64,000 nucleotides of DNA from a virus. Lineage: Duplodnaviria; Caudoviricetes. The DNA lies in the IMG/VR virus record IMGVR_UViG_2920951204_000001, positions 64,001 through 128,000 of that record; one strand, written 5' to 3'. Of the stretch, positions 58,101 to 64,000 are shown in pieces (the first letter of the stretch is position 1; the number at the start of each line of letters is the position of its first letter). The notes beneath the pieces were generated by a model. It was not told where the DNA came from, made no database searches, and saw only the letters and a list, made by a program, of their open reading frames with translations. The position numbers and the translations under genes were made by a program.

Positions 58101-59828
58101 TATTCTATCCAGACAATTAAAGAGTCTGCTAAAAAGGGAAAAAGTAAAAAGTCACAAAAATCTGTATTGGACGCAATTGACAGTTATCAGGAGTATTGGG
58201 ACAAGTATACTGGTGCAAGAGATAATATTATTGAAACTAAGAATAATAAACGTGAGCTTATCAAAAAACAATTAGAGGACGATATTTCTGACTTAGAAGA
58301 TGATTTAGACCTCTTGCAATATGAGGCAGATAAAACACAGAGTCGAATTGACAAAAACGAGACAAAAGGCTTTATTGCAACCAAGAGTGATTATAAGGAA
58401 GAAATCTCTAATTCTAAGAAACAGATTAACAAATGGAATCAGGAGAAAAAGGCATATCAGGCATATCTTAAAGATAATAAGATTGCTTCTTCTTCAGATG
58501 AATATCAGGATATTAAGCAGAAAATTCGTGATATTGATAAAAATATATCCGATGCTGAGAAAAACCAGTTAGAATGGAATAAGTCAATATCTGAATTACC
58601 ATATCAAAGTCTCGAAAAGTTTAAAAATATTCTTGACGCTATTTCTAGTCGCTATGAAAAGATAATCTCATTCTGGGAGTCACAGGGACATACTAAAAAC
58701 GAATCGCAAATCACAAAACAGATTTCCATCGGTCTTAATGGGTTATCTCAGCTTAAAAAAGAACGTGATGAAAAATGGAGTCAAATTAACAAAACGTTAT
58801 CAGACAAAGGATTGAATTCTTCTCAGAAGAAGCAGTTTAAGGCTTTGTACGAAGGAATGCGTGAAGGTACTATTACTGTTGACCAATTTTATAAGAGTAT
58901 CAGCAAACTTGGTATCTCTAAAAAGACTTTTGATTCATGGGATGGACTTCGGGATAAACTTCAAGAAGTTGATGGTCTTGACGGAGATATTCTTGATAAA
59001 CAGGCAGAAATCGAAAACAATTATGACGATTTGTTGACACCTTGGATTAATTCAATTCAAGATTTAATTGACAAAATTAATGACCTTAATGATGCTCAGT
59101 CTAAAGCCGTTGAACTTGAAAAACTTCAACAGGCATTACAGAGTGTTAAACAAAATAAAAAGAATTTAATCTATCACGAGGATTATGCTTTTAATTATGA
59201 GGCTGATAATAGTGCAGTTAAGGAAGCACAAGACAATCTTGACGACTATTATAATCAGGAACAACTCGATACGTTAAACAAGATTCTTGATTGGCTAAAT
59301 GACCACAAAGATGATGTAAACTTCTTTGACGAAAATGGCAAACCTCTGTATAAGACCGTGGATGAAGCAGTTAGAGCTGTAACTAAGGGAATGACTGAGG
59401 GAATGTCAGATAGTGTCAAGAAAATGTTTGACAGTCTTACTTTTTCTATTGATAAGAATGGTAAGATTACAGCCAGTGTTCCTAAATATGTAGCCGGTAC
59501 AAAATATGCCAAGGGTGGAATGTCTATAGTTGGTGAAAAAGGTGCTGAGTTAAGATTACTTAATTCTGGTGACCAGATATTACCACATGATGTTACAGAT
59601 AACTTGTGGAAATTTGGTGTTAATCCAACAAAAATGATATTAGACAATATTCAAATACCTGATATGAGCAACTTGGTTAAAAATACTGGTGGTGAAGTGG
59701 TTAATAATAATGTTTCTATTGGAACAGTTAGTATTCCACATATCAATGACTTATCAAAAGCTAATGATGTATTTAACGCGTTGGCTGGTCTTAGTTCATA
59801 TGCTCATCAACAAGCAAATAAAAGATAA
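55155..59828 (+). CDS. tail tape measure protein, exon 2 (spliced product ~2410 aa)
   Basis: Open frame from GCA GTA CGT TGG; long coiled-coil, FDWIE motif, C-terminal Y..GT......VGEKG.EL; no RBS of its own. Confidence 0.85.
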   Translation, partial: AVRWDKENGLTTWIDSFKNLNIENIKELKNLFSDSRLLTSDDNELDALFDTKGITKYRQNIKDFLTDTKYGTKDLSTFKQYLKDNNIAFSGFSKVVNAGKTAIKSFGASLASMAAMWAIMEVVSWAATAIDNYVNRVKYAKEALDDFSSSVKDQESSLSSNNQWIQQNGDRYAKLAKGVNEYGHNISLTSDEFSEYRNITKEIANMFPEMVSGYNDQNDAIIKNKGSVEALTKAYEDQKKAYYATIRGKSDETFSDFKTATEDDYKKITELRNMMKNGFRTPGYSSPAVGNAPSVWDVLDNDTVYALQEEQRQLKSEGKVGMYTDFSQLTPQLQQKIRDVFTNLNNTIDAESEKVRPILTAYLYSDTSGYDKLDDDAKNAVQSFIQNVDNTFFESFDSDIDMETWITENVINPLKDGINSEDLAVRIQTLFSLNKKDYDSYADYVKAVLDLINSLQNQTGKDGKKIYSKTQIDNLKTKFGVGDVDSEGNVSGNKLIEQTQKKYSQIKGANEYIKTLNEDELRYVNNVKGEVKTLEDLKNKVKSLNAKNQDTSDSKKKSFKQAWKDLDNVDSKSDMKNTKKDLLALAQAGKLTEKTFKRTKGTKTWLSQMGIDATTAVKKINKLIDASKQLATLKSSVKSLQTALNEKKENGVVGADTLSSMESEFSNLKSWDDYRNKLGSTTSTIEQCREAQNKLATEYINSNDFLSQLVDTNGKVKESTKQYYIEQLKELGVKNAIEVVEAQIKKQKLELLIADAKLDTSFKTEINNLINEGIQLGYNENAIKKYVLKKALANKNSLKTSDSIKNLKALAKQLGITGEAMLSFVTLEGLKKTYENITKSGNADTQHALPSLQKQISAEEKNLKKLIKKDVRITDADIGDAGKYGGVNIGNGKGSGSSSSSSNKVFDWIEVRLKRLENKVKKTVDNINDYASKKTKNGLFKQAKKQYDDLLHGYEIAAKKYKKKLDRINLSSDLKKKIQSGDYSIQTIKESAKKGKSKKSQKSVLDAIDSYQEYWDKYTGARDNIIETKNNKRELIKKQLEDDISDLEDDLDLLQYEADKTQSRIDKNETKGFIATKSDYKEEISNSKKQINKWNQEKKAYQAYLKDNKIASSSDEYQDIKQKIRDIDKNISDAEKNQLEWNKSISELPYQSLEKFKNILDAISSRYEKIISFWESQGHTKNESQITKQISIGLNGLSQLKKERDEKWSQINKTLSDKGLNSSQKKQFKALYEGMREGTITVDQFYKSISKLGISKKTFDSWDGLRDKLQEVDGLDGDILDKQAEIENNYDDLLTPWINSIQDLIDKINDLNDAQSKAVELEKLQQALQSVKQNKKNLIYHEDYAFNYEADNSAVKEAQDNLDDYYNQEQLDTLNKILDWLNDHKDDVNFFDENGKPLYKTVDEAVRAVTKGMTEGMSDSVKKMFDSLTFSIDKNGKITASVPKYVAGTKYAKGGMSIVGEKGAELRLLNSGDQILPHDVTDNLWKFGVNPTKMILDNIQIPDMSNLVKNTGGEVVNNNVSIGTVSIPHINDLSKANDVFNALAGLSSYAHQQANKR

Positions 59829-59885
59829 TTAACATAGGCTGTGTTGCAGAAATGTGGCACAGCCTTATTAAAAAGGAGGATTTTA

Positions 59886-60158
59886 GTGGATTCAAAAGAT
59901 TTACAGAATGAACTTATTAAGGCAATTAATACCATAATAAGTAACGAAAAACTTAATAAACTTCCCTTTGATAGAACATACTTGACGAGGATAATTAACA
60001 AAACACAAACTTCTTCCACTTCCTATAAATATACTGTCATAATTGAAAAAGACAGATATAATATAATTTCTACAGAAAATTATTCAATTGGTAACAAAGT
60101 GAGAGTTAGAATCCCACGCAACAATTGGAATGAAATATATATCGAAAGTAAAGCATAG
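59886..60158 (+). CDS. small OB-fold-like tail/baseplate protein
   Basis: AAGGAGG RBS before GTG; FDRT....I...Y.V.I...G..V.V.IP.NN. Confidence 0.55.
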   Translation: MDSKDLQNELIKAINTIISNEKLNKLPFDRTYLTRIINKTQTSSTSYKYTVIIEKDRYNIISTENYSIGNKVRVRIPRNNWNEIYIESKA

Positions 60159-60175
60159 AAAGGCGGTGATTATTA

Positions 60176-61633
60176 TTGAAACCTATAATTAGTGGTACTC
60201 TGACCGCTTGGGATGTTGGTATATCAACCTGTACGATTAATTTTAGTTGGAATGGTGGCTTAGTTGCAGGTAATAGGTTGACAATTGTTGAAACCGGGTT
60301 ATATCATGATACAACTGGAATATCTACAACTTATCATATCATCACTCCCGAAGTTGCTAAAGAACTAGGTCTAAAAAATGGAACAACTTATCACGCAACA
60401 ATTACAATGATTAATTATGACGGAATTGCAGTAAGTGAAACCAGTCAACAATTCATATTGAAATGTTATGCTACTCCTTTATTTAGGATTAATAACTTAT
60501 ATGATGGAATTATTCTAAATTCATCGAGTTGTACGGTTGCAATAGATTATTCAGGAAATGGAATGGATTTATCAACCTATAAATTCAATTTATATGATTC
60601 TTCTGGACTTACGGTGGTTGAAAGCAGCAAAGTCTTCTATTATAACAACGATAATTCTTCTTATACTTTTAGAAATCTTAATGATGGCACTGATTATTAT
60701 ATTGAAGCAATCGGTGAAACTGTGTATGGTATGGAATTAAGAGTTATATATAAAGTATCTGTTCGGACTAATACTGCACCAGTAAAAAATACAGTATCAG
60801 CCTTTCCAACAAAGGATGGAAATATTACAATCAATACAACGTGTTTAAGATTGCATACTAAATCATCTGATAATCTGGAATTTATTAATAATGAAGAAGT
60901 TAGTCTCCTTAATAATAAATATATTAAGTATTCCTTTTACAATAAATTAGATGACTTTAATGTTGTTACTACATTAAGAAATGTTCAATGTTTCGAAAAC
61001 ATGTTTACCGATATTCTGACGATTGGTAATGATATTGTTTTGTCTACAGAAATGGTTAAAGAATATATTGACTATCCATTGATTTTAGAGAATTTTCAGT
61101 GGGTAACTGGTACTTCTGAATGTGTGGAAAGTAGTTCTGGTACATATTATGTTGATACCAATTATTGTATAGCACCACCTAAAATAGCTGTTTCTCGTAA
61201 ATACGATGGGGACTTTTTAATACTTTGTTACGACAGTGAATATAACAAAGTTAATACACTGATTATAAACGCAATTAACACAGAATACGATACATCTAAT
61301 TATTCTTTTATTCGTTTTGCTTTTCCCAAAAATAAAGCAGATTCGGACTTAAATGAAAAGATAGTAATTTCATTTAATTATAACGAAAAGACTAATATAG
61401 AGCCAAATTTGTTTACTAGAGTGGATTCTGTGTATATCAATGCTGTTGATTCTGCTTCTCTTCGATTTGTTTTACACGATAAGAATAATCATTATACGTG
61501 TATTTCTGACCAAACGTATCCGTTGAATTATGACTTTACGACCAAAAAATTTAAAATAGATGAAAATAAGAAATTTAAGATAAATATAAAAAGAAAAGAT
61601 TCAAACTATTCATTAAGAATTAAAGAAATTTAG
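60176..61633 (+). CDS. tail protein with Fn3/Ig-like domains
   Basis: Beta-rich; L.NG.TY, Y.F.LYD, L.DG..Y.IE motifs. Confidence 0.6.
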   Translation: MKPIISGTLTAWDVGISTCTINFSWNGGLVAGNRLTIVETGLYHDTTGISTTYHIITPEVAKELGLKNGTTYHATITMINYDGIAVSETSQQFILKCYATPLFRINNLYDGIILNSSSCTVAIDYSGNGMDLSTYKFNLYDSSGLTVVESSKVFYYNNDNSSYTFRNLNDGTDYYIEAIGETVYGMELRVIYKVSVRTNTAPVKNTVSAFPTKDGNITINTTCLRLHTKSSDNLEFINNEEVSLLNNKYIKYSFYNKLDDFNVVTTLRNVQCFENMFTDILTIGNDIVLSTEMVKEYIDYPLILENFQWVTGTSECVESSSGTYYVDTNYCIAPPKIAVSRKYDGDFLILCYDSEYNKVNTLIINAINTEYDTSNYSFIRFAFPKNKADSDLNEKIVISFNYNEKTNIEPNLFTRVDSVYINAVDSASLRFVLHDKNNHYTCISDQTYPLNYDFTTKKFKIDENKKFKINIKRKDSNYSLRIKEI

Positions 61634-61646
61634 AAAGGGGATTTTT

Positions 61647-62657
61647 ATGGCAATTGAATTTATTGAATCTCCTTTTGGAGAAGACATTGATAGTGTAAAA
61701 CTATCAAATGCTATTTTTGATGAAATCGTGCTTTCAAGTGATTCGGATATTGATTATTTTGACGAATATCCTGATGAATGGACTGACGATATTCAGCTAC
61801 ATTCTACTTTTAATGGTACTATCATTGGAGGAGGCATTGACTTTAAAGAAGGTGATTCTCCACAAGACGCAGCTTTTTTAATAAAAAGACGACTAGTATC
61901 GGATATTGCATGGGATGTTGTTGGATATGTGCCGGGGAATGAAATCATTCGAGATAAAAATTTTGTTAAGATTAATTATACGGACAAAACAACTATTCCT
62001 AATGAAGAATATGAATATATGGTTGTTCCCATGTTGTATGGAATTGAAACAAGTGGCTCAACAACGGAATATAGTGTTAAATGTACTTTAGACGGATTAG
62101 TTATTGAAGATCAAGACATATCTTTTTATACGATACTAGAAGCGAAATTAAGTGGTATTACTCAGAACAGTGGTACTACTGTTGTTAATCCATTTAACAG
62201 TAAATATGCTTATGCTTTTAAAGGTGGAGAGAAAAACTATGTTAGTGGCACGGCAACAGGTATGTTTGTGCCGGGAGATATATGTGACTACGATTATAGT
62301 ACATCAAACAATACAACATGGAGATATAGAAAATACTTACGAGAATGGTTGTGTAATGGAAAACCTAAAATTCTTAAATATTATGACGGACGTAACTTTA
62401 TTGTAACAGTTAATGGCGAAGTTCAAGAAGATGATTCTGAGCACATTTCTAAGAATATAGTAACATTCAATTGGTCTGAAATTGGCTCATTAGAATCAAC
62501 AAATGATTTATACGAAAACGGATTTATTAATTATTATTCTTCTGATGATAAGGCTAATCAGTCAGATACGCTCGTTATTAATAAAACCATATTACAAAAT
62601 TATATTAATGATAGTATTAATAATGTGTACGATGAAATTCTTAGACGTAAATATTAG
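61647..62657 (+). CDS. distal tail-like protein (YomH C-terminal-like)
   Basis: KRR...W, D......YEY..VP, WL.NGKPKILK..DGR, F.W.EIG. Confidence 0.6.
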   Translation: MAIEFIESPFGEDIDSVKLSNAIFDEIVLSSDSDIDYFDEYPDEWTDDIQLHSTFNGTIIGGGIDFKEGDSPQDAAFLIKRRLVSDIAWDVVGYVPGNEIIRDKNFVKINYTDKTTIPNEEYEYMVVPMLYGIETSGSTTEYSVKCTLDGLVIEDQDISFYTILEAKLSGITQNSGTTVVNPFNSKYAYAFKGGEKNYVSGTATGMFVPGDICDYDYSTSNNTTWRYRKYLREWLCNGKPKILKYYDGRNFIVTVNGEVQEDDSEHISKNIVTFNWSEIGSLESTNDLYENGFINYYSSDDKANQSDTLVINKTILQNYINDSINNVYDEILRRKY

Positions 62658-62672
62658 TGAAAGGAGATTGAG

Positions 62673-64000
62673 ATGAATTACGAAATACAACAGATTGATA
62701 TTGATATGTTGAAGGCTCGTGTTTCTACTGTTTGGGTTAAATTTGAAATTGCTAATATTTATAATTATGAAAACGGTAAGAAAGTCTTCAACTCTTCTTT
62801 CAAACCAATTGCTGATATCAGTGGAGAATTATTAAATGGCTCGTATTCATCTGATTCTACCTCTGATATTCGGAGAACTTTTAGCACAACCTTTTATGCA
62901 CAAAATGACAATTTTCAAATTGCCAGCAATAAAAATATGTGGCTAAATAAGTTTGTAATTGCTTACATTGGGGTTTTAAACCACTATGTTGAGAATATGA
63001 AATTCTATCCATTAGGCGTATATATAATTCAGGATGCGAGTTATAGTTACTCTGCCACTGAAAATACAGTATCGTTCAATTGTGATGATTTGGTTACGAT
63101 GTTAAATGGTGACAGATCTGGAATAATCCCCGGAGTTCAAGATATGGAAATTAACTGTGTCCCGGCTATCAATGATGTATCAATTACAGAAAACGATTCG
63201 CATAAAATTATTAATATCAACATTATTAATAAAGATTATACTCCATTGACAGATAGCGATACTGCTCCATACTTTGATTTGGAAGTTGGATTTAATATAC
63301 CAAAAGAAAAAATGAAATATATTCAGTCCTATTATGAGGGTTGGAATGTAACAGTATCAATTAATAATTCTAAGTCTTACTTTTTAACAGATTATAAAAC
63401 ACATCAAAAAGTTAAATTTACTGATTTAACATTAGGACAAGATTATACGACTAATTTCTATGGAAATAATTCTTCTTCATATGCCTTCATTTTACTTGGA
63501 AAGCCCAATACCATCTCTGGTGCGATGACTAATGTCATTACACAGTTTAGTCCATTCAACTATATAATTGATGATATTGGTGCCGATGTTACTAACGTTG
63601 ACGGAAGCAATGCTACATATATTCCATATGATTTGACATTTTCTACAGGCGTAACAAATTGGGAAGTTATTTCAAAATTGAGAGATTTGTACTCAGGTTG
63701 GGAAGCATTTTTTGATGTTTATGGTAATTTTATTTGTTCTAAAATTCCGACCTGTGAGGATAATGAATGTTTACTTACAGCAGATGTATTTGATAGCATA
63801 GTAATTTCAGAAAAGGATACATATGAGTTAAATTCAATCAAAAATGTAGTTGAAGTCTGGGGTAAAAATCAGGAAACCGATAGATATGATGACACCCCTA
63901 CTTATACTCTCGATTTAATAAACAATAAATGTATCCTTGATTTATCACTATCCTTGTATGCTTGTGATTCAACGGGCAAGCATAATTCTCCATATGTATA
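62673..64000 (+). CDS. DUF5048/YomG-like tail protein, truncated by window edge
   Basis: ATG at 62673 behind AAGGAG; S.SDIRRT, W.NK....YIG, PLGVY, PYDL.F..G. Confidence 0.65.
   Translation, partial: MNYEIQQIDIDMLKARVSTVWVKFEIANIYNYENGKKVFNSSFKPIADISGELLNGSYSSDSTSDIRRTFSTTFYAQNDNFQIASNKNMWLNKFVIAYIGVLNHYVENMKFYPLGVYIIQDASYSYSATENTVSFNCDDLVTMLNGDRSGIIPGVQDMEINCVPAINDVSITENDSHKIININIINKDYTPLTDSDTAPYFDLEVGFNIPKEKMKYIQSYYEGWNVTVSINNSKSYFLTDYKTHQKVKFTDLTLGQDYTTNFYGNNSSSYAFILLGKPNTISGAMTNVITQFSPFNYIIDDIGADVTNVDGSNATYIPYDLTFSTGVTNWEVISKLRDLYSGWEAFFDVYGNFICSKIPTCEDNECLLTADVFDSIVISEKDTYELNSIKNVVEVWGKNQETDRYDDTPTYTLDLINNKCILDLSLSLYACDSTGKHNSPYV

Noticed and set aside
30729-62657. Numerous short opposite-strand or alternate-frame ORFs in the track (e.g. 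45840-46256, 59255-59647)
   Set aside because: Shadows of long, well-supported genes, with no RBS or recognisable motifs

Overview
This window is part of a large, very AT-rich temperate siphovirus or prophage of a low-GC Firmicute (Clostridia/Lachnospiraceae-like), with SPbeta-like gene order. From left to right: (1-8140) a minus-strand arm of about 25 small hypothetical genes; (8180-9780) a divergent promoter/HTH switch and a long non-coding stretch; (9782-18273) DUF3825, Bro-N, an iteron origin with its replication initiator, a GIY-YIG protein and a YonO-like single-subunit RNA polymerase; (18300-30700) a tRNA/ncRNA-rich block with 5 tRNAs, a ~770-nt GOLLD-like RNA, PIN-PhoH, an IS1341-type TnpB element, a phosphoesterase, HU, a tyrosine recombinase, two free-standing endonucleases and two antisense peptide/sRNA units; (30729-64000) the virion morphogenesis operon. 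The most striking feature is that the tape-measure gene is split in frame by a ~5.8-kb group I intron (49388-55154). Its P9 region carries about 9 cargo genes, including a type III toxin-antitoxin module, two PemK/MazF-fold genes each followed by its own sRNA, and internal terminators, which suggests a giant cargo-carrying or trans-spliced intron. A second notable element is a small antisense transcript encoding a 36-aa peptide whose 3' UTR is complementary to the 5' end of 16S rRNA. All calls come from reading the sequence and recalled family motifs; no searches were run.
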